From Planctomycetota bacterium (GTDB taxonomy: Bacteria > Planctomycetota > Planctomycetia > JALXBF01), in contig JALXBF010000183.1 of NCBI GenBank assembly GCA_026991575.1, positions 1 through 64,000 on the forward strand: a stretch of 64,000 bases of DNA. Reading direction: 5' to 3'. Under the pieces are notes generated by a model that searched no databases, had not been told where the DNA came from, and saw only the letters and a program-made list of their open reading frames with translations. Position numbers and translations under genes: made by a program. This document shows, piece by piece, positions 1 through 8,749 of the stretch; the first letter of the stretch is position 1, and the number at the start of each line of letters is the position of its first letter.

Positions 1-288
1 CACCGCACCGGCGGACCGGCGACGGTGAGTGAGTATCACATCAGCGACGATCGGCTCGTGCCCACGCTCGACCTGGAGCTCGGTGCCGGCTACCACCTTG
101 GCCACGGCTGGGCCATCTCCGCAGGGTACCTCTACTCGATCTGGTTTAATGTGGCTGGTCCGGAGGACCTGGTCGCCGAGCTTCGCAGCGGTTCGTACTA
201 TGGCAATGTAGAGGACGAGCTGTCCTGGGACGGCTTCTTCCTGCGGCTGGAGTACGGCCGCTTCCGCGGCACCGCTGTCGGTGACTGA
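1..288 (+). CDS. C-terminal fragment of a probable outer-membrane beta-barrel protein (Lpg1974/BBP7-like), truncated by the window edge
   Basis: The frame is open from base 1. It has alternating amphipathic strands (LDLELGAGY, WAISAGYLYSIWFN, WDGFFLRLEY) typical of planctomycete beta-barrels. Confidence 0.5.
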   Translation, partial: HRTGGPATVSEYHISDDRLVPTLDLELGAGYHLGHGWAISAGYLYSIWFNVAGPEDLVAELRSGSYYGNVEDELSWDGFFLRLEYGRFRGTAVGD

Positions 289-1684
289 AGCGATGCGCGG
301 TATACGAAGTTGGCGAGTCCCCGCCGCGACCGCGGCGCTGGTGGCCCTCAGCACGCTCTCTGTCGCCCTGGTGGCCGGCTGCGCGAAGGAACCGGACGAG
401 CCGCCCAGCCGACCAGCGGCAGGCGCCGTCGTGCGCGTCTCTGTGCTCGATAGCCCACAGGCAGAAAGCTTCCTGGAGTTGCATGTGCCGGACTGGCAGG
501 TGCAGTCGGGCGGTCGGGTGGAGATGCAGGAGGAGGCCGAGGGGGGAGCTGATCTGTACATCGCGCCTCTCGGCGAGCTGGGTCGGTTGGCTGCGCGGTT
601 CATGTTGGCGGAGTTGCCCGCGGACGTTTATGAGCCGGACCCAAACGCGCCGCGCGACTGGCCCGAGGCCGTGCGCGACCACCTCTGGTACTGGGGGCCG
701 ACGCGGTGTGTCGTGCCGTTGTCCGTGCGCACCTACGTGCTGGCATATTGCCCGGACCGGCTGCCCCGATCGCTGCGTGAGCGCGTAGAACAGATCAGCA
801 CGTGGCGCGAACTGGATGAACTCGTGGCAAAGCTGCCGGGCGAAGGCCCCGGCCTGCTGGTTCCCAGCATAACGGTCGCGGTGCTGCTCCGCGCAGCAAC
901 GTACGCACGGTCGCCGCAAAGTTTTGCGTTCCTGATCGAACCGTGGCAGGGGGAAGTGCTTGTCGACGCCCCCCCGGTTGTGAAGGCAATGAGCGAGTGG
1001 CTCGGAGTGCGGAAGCAGATCGCGGTAGGGGGAGCCTCCGATTTGGTCGCCGGAAAGGCCCCCTTGGCCATCGTTGCGACTGATTCGGTTCGCCCGCTAC
1101 TGACGGAGCAGACGGGCATCACCGCGCGGTTCGCGCCACTGCCTGGATCCATGGACTACTACGACCATGCCGCGGGACAGTGGCGGCAAGTTGCAGGTGA
1201 CGAAGGACCGCACCGCGTAGCATTCTTCGATGGCATCGTGGCCATTGTGCCGGATGGCATCGACAACATCGACGCAGCGCAGTCGCTAGTACGATTCCTG
1301 GTTTCTCCAGAGACCAGCCTGGCCGGCGTGGTGGACCCGCAAGTTGGACTGGGACCGTTCCGGCTGAGTCACTTCCGAAGGACGGGGCAGTGGTCAGCCG
1401 CAGGATGGGACGTGACGAAACTGGGTAGCTACTTTGCGGCAGTCCAGACCACGCTGGCCAATCGCGTTGCAGTCGAGACGCTGCAGGTGCGCAACGCGCG
1501 AGAACTGGCCGGATTGCTGCAGGAGGCCGTCGAGGAGCTGTGGCAGGGGAAGGCGGAGTCCGTGGGCGACCGGCTCAAGGCGCTGCACGCTGCCTGGCGA
1601 GAGGCGATCGACCGGGCGGGCCGAGAACATGTCGTGGAAGACTACCGACGCAGCGTTGGACTGGTCGGCATTGTTTCCCAGTAG
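281..1684 (+). CDS. ABC-type extracellular solute-binding lipoprotein (sugar-binding family)
   Basis: Signal peptide with lipobox (VAGC). Segments such as VPLSVRTYVLAY, TWRELDEL, FAPLPGS and AAQSLVRFLVSPE match family-1 solute-binding proteins. Confidence 0.65.
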   Translation: MTEAMRGIRSWRVPAATAALVALSTLSVALVAGCAKEPDEPPSRPAAGAVVRVSVLDSPQAESFLELHVPDWQVQSGGRVEMQEEAEGGADLYIAPLGELGRLAARFMLAELPADVYEPDPNAPRDWPEAVRDHLWYWGPTRCVVPLSVRTYVLAYCPDRLPRSLRERVEQISTWRELDELVAKLPGEGPGLLVPSITVAVLLRAATYARSPQSFAFLIEPWQGEVLVDAPPVVKAMSEWLGVRKQIAVGGASDLVAGKAPLAIVATDSVRPLLTEQTGITARFAPLPGSMDYYDHAAGQWRQVAGDEGPHRVAFFDGIVAIVPDGIDNIDAAQSLVRFLVSPETSLAGVVDPQVGLGPFRLSHFRRTGQWSAAGWDVTKLGSYFAAVQTTLANRVAVETLQVRNARELAGLLQEAVEELWQGKAESVGDRLKALHAAWREAIDRAGREHVVEDYRRSVGLVGIVSQ

Positions 1685-2036
1685 GCCATCTTCGGCCTAA
1701 CGCGCGGGCAGCCGTTCCTTGGGTAATTTGCATGGTGGTCATGCTGCTGCCCGGTCAATCGCCATCAGTACGCCCAGTTGCCCTGGCCATAGCGAAGTGG
1801 GCGATCGAGGATGGTCAGCCCTCTTCGGGGGGTTCCGCGGTCGACACGCTCAGGTACCGAGCCTGGGGCGAGGCGTGGGCGATCGGCATCGGTGGTGCCT
1901 GCCCGTAGGGCACGCTTCGGGCCGAGAACAGGGGGCCCCGACGGCGCCCTCTGGAACGGGGCGGTTGCCGTGTCGCGGGGGCACCGGCTGGTTTCGTTGA
2001 CGGCTTCGATCATGCTGCTTATGATGAGGTGACGTT

Positions 2037-2109
2037 GGGGCGGTAGCTCAGCTGGGAGAGCGCCAGAATCGCACTCTGGAGGTCGGGGGTTCGACTCCCC
2101 TCCGCTCCA
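2037..2109 (+). tRNA. tRNA-Ala(CGC)
   Basis: 73-nt cloverleaf GGGGCGG...CCGCTCCA with the G3:U70 Ala identity pair. Anticodon stem CCAGA/TCTGG with loop ATCGCAC, and a GGTTCGA T-loop. CCA is not encoded. Confidence 0.97.
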
Positions 2110-2431
2110 CTTGCCTTTCCCGAGCGAAACCGGTCTGCGACAGGTCTGCCGTTTGGCTGTAGTGCAATCGCGGCAGCTTCCTGCGGGGCGGAGGCTGCTG
2201 CACACGTTACACCTGGCCGTGTGCTTGGGCCGCGGTTCGCCCGGCGCCGCAGCGCAGCTTCCCGAGAACATTTAGGTTTCCCTCAGCACGCGGACGATAG
2301 TCCTAGTAGGTTACCGCATAACGTGTGGCCGCGGTTCCGCCGTGCCCCTCTGACTGCGTGGGATCTTCCGCCGGGTGCCGGCCAGGCACTGGAGTATTCT
2401 GCCAGCCACGTAACGAGGCAGGGATGCAAGA

Positions 2432-4000
2432 ATGAGGACGATCAACCTGACACATTTGTTGGCCATGAGCTGCGTGGGGAGTGCCCTGGCGCTCTCCAAC
2501 GCGTTCCTGATTGCCGGAGAGAGCGGTCCTGAGACCGGCGCGTCGGCCGAGGCCGCCCCTAGGTCGATCAGTGCCATCCTTGAGCAGTTGCCAGACCGCG
2601 ACGCGAAGGCCATCGCGTACGAGGCTGCCGACGGCCAGAGTCAGTCGGAGGCCAAGCCGGCAGACGGGGCAGAAGCCGAGACGACAGCCGCCGAGACGGT
2701 CGAGCCGGTCAGCACGTTTGACCCGTTCGGCGACCCCGCATGGAGCCACTGGGACCTCGGTTGGCTAACGCTCGATTTCGGCGCCCAGTGGCGTTACCGG
2801 TTCCATTATGAGGACAATCTGCGGCTGAACGGTCAGGATGACTCGTTCCTGCTGCGACGGACCCGCCTGTGGACCGACGTGAACATCGGCGGCCTGCTGC
2901 TGGGTCGGTTGGAGGTCATCGATGCAATATCGCATTTCGAAGACCTACCGCCTCGCTTCATTGACGAGAACCGTTGGGACCTGCTGAACGCATGGGGCGA
3001 GGTGACGATCTGGAATCCGAATCCGGAAACGCGGATAGCGTTTCGCGCAGGGCGGCAGGAGTTGCTCTACGGTTCACAACGGCTGATCTCGCCACTGGAC
3101 TGGGCCAACACGCGTCGGACGTTTGAGGGCTACCGGCTGTACGGCACATATGGCCCATTCAGCCTGGATCTGTTCTGGGTCCGCCCGTTCCCGCCCCAGC
3201 AGCACGTGAACCTTGACCATAACCTGGACAACTCGGACCAGAGCCAGGAATTCAGCGGGATCTGGGGAAGCTACAAGGGTGAGAACTGCATCGTCGACAT
3301 CTACTTCCTGCGGCTCAAAGAGCAGGACAATATTGTCTACGGTCGCTCCGAGGTGCCGGGCGACTGGGACGTGAACACGATCGGTGGTCGCTGGACCGGC
3401 AACTGGGGCAACTGGTTGTATGACTTTGAGGGCGGGGTGCAGTTCGGTGACTACGCGGACCTGAACTGGCAGGACGCTGGCTTCTGGACGGCCGGTTTGG
3501 GTTATCGCTGCAGTGACTGGCTGTGGCAGCCGGAATTCTGGGTGTTCTACGACTGGGCGTCCGGTGACGAGGATCCGTTCGACGGCGAGCGAAACACGGC
3601 ATTCCAGTACTTCCCCTTCGGACACTACTACCTGGGATGGGCCGATCTGGTGGGCCGCCAAAACATCAAGGACTGGAACTTCCGCCTGTCGGCCAAGCCG
3701 CTGGAGAACGTGGTTCTGACCGCCTGGTACCACATTTACCGGCTTGAAGAGGCTCGCGATGCCCTGTACAACGCAGCCGGTGTGCCAATCCGCCGCGACA
3801 TCACCGGTGCTGCGGGCAAGGACGTGGGTCAGGAGCTTGACCTGACGATCCTTTGGAACGTGTTCCCGGGCCACACCTTGTTGTTTGGCTACAGCCGGTT
3901 CTATGCTGGTGATTTTCTGGCCAACACCGGTAACGGCGACGACGCCGACTTCTTCTACACCCAGTGGGTGATCGAGTGGCCGGGAATTGCTAGGCACTGA
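2432..4000 (+). CDS. Alginate export (AlgE-like) outer-membrane beta-barrel protein
   Basis: Signal peptide. Motifs RAGRQELLYGSQRLISPLDWANTRRTFEG, YDWASGD, GHYYLGWADLVGRQNI and VGQELDL are typical of the alginate export family. Confidence 0.85.
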   Translation: MRTINLTHLLAMSCVGSALALSNAFLIAGESGPETGASAEAAPRSISAILEQLPDRDAKAIAYEAADGQSQSEAKPADGAEAETTAAETVEPVSTFDPFGDPAWSHWDLGWLTLDFGAQWRYRFHYEDNLRLNGQDDSFLLRRTRLWTDVNIGGLLLGRLEVIDAISHFEDLPPRFIDENRWDLLNAWGEVTIWNPNPETRIAFRAGRQELLYGSQRLISPLDWANTRRTFEGYRLYGTYGPFSLDLFWVRPFPPQQHVNLDHNLDNSDQSQEFSGIWGSYKGENCIVDIYFLRLKEQDNIVYGRSEVPGDWDVNTIGGRWTGNWGNWLYDFEGGVQFGDYADLNWQDAGFWTAGLGYRCSDWLWQPEFWVFYDWASGDEDPFDGERNTAFQYFPFGHYYLGWADLVGRQNIKDWNFRLSAKPLENVVLTAWYHIYRLEEARDALYNAAGVPIRRDITGAAGKDVGQELDLTILWNVFPGHTLLFGYSRFYAGDFLANTGNGDDADFFYTQWVIEWPGIARH

Positions 4001-4033
4001 CCAACCGTGTCGTCGGCCAGGGCAAAGCAAAAC

Positions 4034-4065
4034 GGCGAGGCCGGATCATCGGCCTCGCCTTCTTT
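4034..4065. terminator. Probable bidirectional intrinsic terminator between the porin gene and the cmr operon
   Basis: Perfect 10-bp stem GGCGAGGCCG/CGGCCTCGCC with a 6-nt loop. TTCTTT follows on + and an A-rich tract precedes it. It lies between convergent genes. Confidence 0.75.
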
Positions 4066-4110
4066 CATTCATGCGTTGCCGTCACTGCCACTGCGGCGAC
4101 GGTGGCCGGC

Positions 4111-6111
4111 TCAGTCGGTCTGCTCCTGCGTGCCGGCTGCCAGGCCGAGCAGATAGTTGCGGTACTTCTGCAATAGGCCACGGCTGGCCGGAAGCGAGGG
4201 CAACTCCGGAGCAGGGAAGAACGACGCTGTTACGGAGTAGCCTTCAGGCGTCTGGTTCAGATGGAAACAGACCGGCGCTGCATGGCGGCGGGTGCGTTGG
4301 ACGTGTTTGCCCGGATGGAACAGGAGATCGCCCCGCACCACCAGCTTCCGCGGCATGCCAAGACCGCGGCGTTCGTCCTTGGGAATGCTTCGGGCGAACC
4401 GGCGCATGCGATCGCCCAGGCTGTTTAGCGCCGCCCAGACCTGGTTCTTCCCCAACGGCACGGTGACGGGAGCCAGAGGCGGCTCGCTGCGCAGTGCCGC
4501 GGCAAAGGAAGCGGACTGAACCTTGGCGTCATCGTAGTGGCGCGGGGGAAAACCACACTGACGTCGCAGCCTGGCAGCTAGCTCCCCGGCCGACTCCAAC
4601 GACAAGTCAGCCAGGGGTTCCGCGCACGCCAACGAGCCAAAGCCCTTCCGCGCCTTGGCGCCGATGCCGCCGTAGGTAGCCAGCAGCCAGAGCGCAAGCT
4701 TGAACTGTTCCAGCACGTCTGTGGCGCTCAGCTGCCAGCGTCGCCGAAGCGTAGCGGCTTCGAACGATGTCGGCTGGGCCAGAGCGATGATCCGCCATCG
4801 CGCACCGCTAGGCAGGTACCATCGTCTTCGGTTCGCCTGTTCCGCGAGCCCGTACGTGATATAGGCCAGGCCTGGTTGTTCGCCGGGCTTGGGTGACTCC
4901 AGCTCATACTGGCGAACGATCGCGGCGCGATCGAACAGCTCCGGGTCGGGCACGTCGACCCGCTCGATTCTGAGACTGATCGGACTGGCGAGTTCGACAC
5001 TGCCCCAGATGGAGCTCTCCAACGCTTTCAGCTGCTGGCGCGTAAGGTAGCCGGCGTGCAGGGTACGCCACCACCACCGCAGCAACCCGCGGAGTGAGTT
5101 GCCGCGGAGATCGCAGCCGGCGGGATCGGATGGCTCGGCACCACCGAGGAAGGCAGGGCTGACGAGCATCAGCTCCAGTTCCATGCTCGCCAGCTTCTCA
5201 CTGGCCAGGTCGACCGGTGCGGCAACGGAGCTGGCCTCTGTGTCCATTCGACCGTAGCCGGATGCGGTCTTGGCGCCGACCCCCAGGTGGGCGAGCGCTT
5301 CGATGAGCCACTGGCGCGCCAGTTCGACGTGCTGCTGCGGTACGGCCGGGTGCCGGGGCGCGACGCCAAAAAGGAATTCCGTGCCTGCCGGCACGGCCGG
5401 GAAGTAAACCGGCTGCGGTTGGTCCCAATCTCCCGGCGGATCATTGCCCTGGTAGTAGTGGGGATAGTGGGTGTTGACGATGTCTAGCTGGATTTGCCGG
5501 AGGTTGACCGGCCACGCTTCAACGAAGACGACGTTGCCTGCTGCCGCGTTACTGGCACCGTCGCCTTGGCCGGTTGGGACCGTGCCGAAGATCGCGTCGA
5601 TTAGTGCCTGAGCCTGCGCGCGATCTGGCTGACGAGGTTTCCAGATGTTTTCCGCGTACCGGCGGGTCATGCCCTTCAGCGCTGTGCCCGGAATGTAAGG
5701 GGTTCCCCACACCGGATGCAGTGCGATGCCACCGTTTTCGAGCGACGTGGTGCGGGACAGGTGCAGGCAAAGCGGGGAGCTGGTGGCGGCCACGAACGAC
5801 TGCGCGCCTAGGTCTCGCAGCAGCACGCGGTGCCGCTCGATGATGCGCTCCCAGGCAAGACGCTCCCAGGCTGCCTTTGCGTCCTCGGCGGCAAAGCGGA
5901 TGATTTCCCGCTGTATCCGCTGGTCGAAGCGGCTTGGCGCCAGTTTCATGTACTTGTCGAACAGCAGTCCCCCGTTTGCCTCGCGGCGATGTCGCTGCAC
6001 CAGCCGCGCGGTGCTGCGGGGCAGTGGCAGGAGGCGTTCCTGGCGATCGGCCAATTGCTGTGGGCCCCGGCGGGCGGTTTGAAGGTTCCGCGGCCTGCGT
6101 TCGCGTGCCAC
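4111..6111 (-). CDS. cmr6: Type III-B CRISPR RAMP fusion protein Cmr6-Cmr1
   Basis: N-half has Cmr6 motifs (HPVWGTPYIPGTALKG, LDIVNTHY, PGDWDQPQPVYF, G-loop LGVGAKTASGYG). C-half has Cmr1 motifs (LVSPAFLGGA, SLRGLLRWWWR, ESSIWGS, YGGIGAKARKGFGSL). Start placed at GTG 6111 after an AAGGAG RBS. Confidence 0.9.
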   Translation of the reverse strand: MARERRPRNLQTARRGPQQLADRQERLLPLPRSTARLVQRHRREANGGLLFDKYMKLAPSRFDQRIQREIIRFAAEDAKAAWERLAWERIIERHRVLLRDLGAQSFVAATSSPLCLHLSRTTSLENGGIALHPVWGTPYIPGTALKGMTRRYAENIWKPRQPDRAQAQALIDAIFGTVPTGQGDGASNAAAGNVVFVEAWPVNLRQIQLDIVNTHYPHYYQGNDPPGDWDQPQPVYFPAVPAGTEFLFGVAPRHPAVPQQHVELARQWLIEALAHLGVGAKTASGYGRMDTEASSVAAPVDLASEKLASMELELMLVSPAFLGGAEPSDPAGCDLRGNSLRGLLRWWWRTLHAGYLTRQQLKALESSIWGSVELASPISLRIERVDVPDPELFDRAAIVRQYELESPKPGEQPGLAYITYGLAEQANRRRWYLPSGARWRIIALAQPTSFEAATLRRRWQLSATDVLEQFKLALWLLATYGGIGAKARKGFGSLACAEPLADLSLESAGELAARLRRQCGFPPRHYDDAKVQSASFAAALRSEPPLAPVTVPLGKNQVWAALNSLGDRMRRFARSIPKDERRGLGMPRKLVVRGDLLFHPGKHVQRTRRHAAPVCFHLNQTPEGYSVTASFFPAPELPSLPASRGLLQKYRNYLLGLAAGTQEQTD

Positions 6112-6184
6112 CGTCTCACTCCTTCGCTCGCCTAGAGTCGCTGTGTCCGAGACCAGGGCGTGGCGTGCGGTTGCGGTCCGTTGG

Positions 6185-6601
6185 CTAGGCGCTGCCCGTG
6201 TCCGATTGCGTAAAGCCCTCCGCTTCCACAAAGCGGGCAAGCCACTGGCTGTAAGCGATCGCCTCGGCCGTGGCCAGTCGAAGGAAGTCAGCGTCCCGTT
6301 CGATGATTGCCTCCAGCAGGGCGTCCGGTCCGGTCGCTTCCTGGCCAGCACGGCGGGCAAGCACCCATTCGGACAGTGCCTGCCGCAAATCCTTGGCGGT
6401 TCCTTTTGCCTTCAAGAACGCCAACGTCTGGCCTAATCCCGAGCACAGGATCCGGGCGGGCAGCCGTTTGGCCTCTCTACCAAACTCTTTCTGAACCGCT
6501 TCTGATGCTGATTCCTTGAGCCGCTGGACCACAGACCAGGCGTGTGCGGCCCGGCGCTGATCCAGCGTTTGCAGCCTGGTCTGTTTCGTGTCGCTTGCCA
6601 T
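6185..6601 (-). CDS. cmr5: Type III-B small subunit Cmr5 (Cas11)
   Basis: TLDQRRAAHAW, KRLPARILCSGLGQTLAFLKAK and ATAEAIAYSQWLARF match Cmr5. It sits between cmr4 and cmr6. Confidence 0.92.
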   Translation of the reverse strand: MASDTKQTRLQTLDQRRAAHAWSVVQRLKESASEAVQKEFGREAKRLPARILCSGLGQTLAFLKAKGTAKDLRQALSEWVLARRAGQEATGPDALLEAIIERDADFLRLATAEAIAYSQWLARFVEAEGFTQSDTGSA

Positions 6602-6629
6602 CGCACGCTCTCCGTCGCTGGCTGAACAG

Positions 6630-7550
6630 CTAGCTGATCAGGCGCACCGTGCAGAACCCCTTGCCAACGGTTTCGTCACCACCGACCTGCAACACGGGGG
6701 GTAGCTTTTCCTTCAGGTAGCCGAGAACCTGCGAGGCCCCCCACTGCTGGGCGGCCTTGTCCCGGGTCCTGTTTGCGATCAGTACCGAGTAGAGCACGGT
6801 CTCGGCCGGCAGGAACTCCTCATAGAAAAGGCCGCCTTCGGAGGCCGTCTTACTGTCGGCTTCCAGCCGGATCCGCGCCGTGATTTCGGTGCTGTACTGC
6901 ACGAAGTGGCTGAAGTCGTCGTCGTGGAGGATGACCAGGTGGCTTGCCATCCGCTGGCTGCTGAGTTGATCAGTGGCGATGTGCTGGGCGAACCAGCGGC
7001 CCAGTGCGTCGCAAGTTCCCACACGCTGGAACTCGAATTCTTCCAACACCACCGAGTCGACGCCACCACCAGAGACCACCACATCCCCGCTGGCGGCCAA
7101 GGCCTGGTTGCGATCCGGCTCTCTTTCTAGCGGCGGTGGGTTCAGTTGCAGGCCGGACCAGCTGATGTCCTGGCTCAGCCGTTCCAGCGCCGTCGGGCAC
7201 GTGACCCAGGCGAACACGCCCCTGAGAGAGCGGACCGGGAAAGCCAGGACGCGGGCGTCGGTGACGCTGACCGCGCCGGCGTGCAGGCGAGATTCCTGGG
7301 GGCGGTCCGGGCCAAAAACGGCGGTCAACTCAGCATCTTGACCCGGCTGCGCGCCGGAGCGGCGTCGGCAGGCGTCGCGCAGAACCCCCTTGATCGCCGA
7401 GCCCGCTATCATGGGCCAGCCGGTGAAGCGTTCACGTTGCACGGGCAGATCTACCAGGCCCAGGGCCGTTCCGGTGCCCGGATGCAAGGGCGTGCGTGCG
7501 TGGAGCACAAGCAGCCCGCTGCGTACCGTTTCCTCAAAGGCCACACTCAT
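6630..7550 (-). CDS. cmr4: Type III-B backbone RAMP Cmr4 (Cas7)
   Basis: TPLHPGTG...VDLPVQRERFTGWP (catalytic Asp retained), DARVLAFPVRSLRGVFAWVTCP, GLFYEEFLPAETVLY and G-loop QVGGDETVGKG. Confidence 0.96.
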   Translation of the reverse strand: MSVAFEETVRSGLLVLHARTPLHPGTGTALGLVDLPVQRERFTGWPMIAGSAIKGVLRDACRRRSGAQPGQDAELTAVFGPDRPQESRLHAGAVSVTDARVLAFPVRSLRGVFAWVTCPTALERLSQDISWSGLQLNPPPLEREPDRNQALAASGDVVVSGGGVDSVVLEEFEFQRVGTCDALGRWFAQHIATDQLSSQRMASHLVILHDDDFSHFVQYSTEITARIRLEADSKTASEGGLFYEEFLPAETVLYSVLIANRTRDKAAQQWGASQVLGYLKEKLPPVLQVGGDETVGKGFCTVRLIS

Positions 7551-8749
7551 GAGCCTTTCTCCTCCGTCGTGTTTTCTTGGTCATCGCCTTCTTCTCGGGG
7601 TGGCTCCAGGAGGATCAGCCTCCTTCGGCCCCGCAACCAACAGCCCCAGCCGCTGAAGCGCTCGTCCGGAGAGGAGTGTAGCGGATTGGGTAGTAGCGGC
7701 CGGATGGCGTCCGGTGTGAAATACACGGCACCGGCCGCTGCTGCCAACCGGGTCGGCTTCGGAGCACGCAGGGCGTAGTTCCAACCCGAGATGGCGAGGG
7801 TCTCACGCACGAAGCGTGCGCCGAGTCCCAGGTCGGGGACCAGGCCAAGCTGTTCATCGAGAACGAACGTGGGCGTGGTGAACAGCATCAGCGGCACGAA
7901 CCCGTCCGGCAAATCGGTCGGCTCGATATCTGACCATGCAATGGCCCGCTCCAGCAAATGCACGCGAACATAGCGCCGGCCCCCGCCCAGCGGCAGCAGC
8001 TTCAAACTGCGCACCGCGTCATCGAGTGCCTTCTCTGCGGCTGTCGTCAGCGACACGTAGAGGCCCACGCCTGGTCGGAAGGACAGGTACTGCCGAGCGT
8101 AGAGCAGTCCGTGGGCTGAGGAGGCTGTGGCCGGGTCGATGGCAGTACCGACCCGCGTGTCGAGACGATACAGGTCCTCAGGCCGTACGAGGTGCTCTTC
8201 TGAGACTTCCTCGTCACGTAAGTACCGTGCCAGGCCCTCCAGCGTGATGTATTCCCGGCAAGGCTGGACCTTGCCGGCACCGCGGACAGGATGGTAAGCG
8301 AAGTCTTGGTCGGTCGGTTCCTTGAACCACTCCTTGTAGGAGTAGATCGGCTGTGCCCGCACCAGTCGGCGTCGACCGCGGTGCTCACGCCAGAACAGGT
8401 CGTGCGGCGCCGGAACGAACACTTCGATTTCCCCGGACCGTCGCCGTCGGGCGAGCCACGGGCCGCGGACGACCGTGCAAGAGAACGGTTCTCGGAGCGA
8501 CTCTTGCAGCGATGACTCGACCGCACGCTCTAGCATCAGACCGCGACGCAAGCCGTCGGCGATCTTGTCGAAGTCGGCATCCAGGTAGGTCAACAGAGCG
8601 GTAAGCAGGGCGCCGGTAACGGGCTGTGGCGTGGGCAACAGCGTGTCACTCCGTTCCACGATAGCCGATGGCCGGCCATCGCCGAAGCGGAGCACATCCA
8701 GTGGTTCCAGAAATAGGGCGTATTCCCTGGTCTCGAGCGCCTGTCTCAT
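7547..8749 (-). CDS. cmr3: Type III-B Cmr3 (Cas5 group)
   Basis: FLEPLDVLRFGDGRP, RVGTAID, GLLY, LPLGGGRR, ISGWN...PKP...AAGAVY and SGWG. The ATG overlaps the cas10 stop codon (ATGA). Confidence 0.9.
   Translation of the reverse strand: MRQALETREYALFLEPLDVLRFGDGRPSAIVERSDTLLPTPQPVTGALLTALLTYLDADFDKIADGLRRGLMLERAVESSLQESLREPFSCTVVRGPWLARRRRSGEIEVFVPAPHDLFWREHRGRRRLVRAQPIYSYKEWFKEPTDQDFAYHPVRGAGKVQPCREYITLEGLARYLRDEEVSEEHLVRPEDLYRLDTRVGTAIDPATASSAHGLLYARQYLSFRPGVGLYVSLTTAAEKALDDAVRSLKLLPLGGGRRYVRVHLLERAIAWSDIEPTDLPDGFVPLMLFTTPTFVLDEQLGLVPDLGLGARFVRETLAISGWNYALRAPKPTRLAAAAGAVYFTPDAIRPLLPNPLHSSPDERFSGWGCWLRGRRRLILLEPPREEGDDQENTTEEKGS

Noticed and set aside
6112..6360. N-terminal extension of the Cmr6-Cmr1 ORF given in the ORF track
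   Set aside because: It overlaps cmr5 in another frame. A GTG with an AAGGAG RBS at 6111 is the better start.
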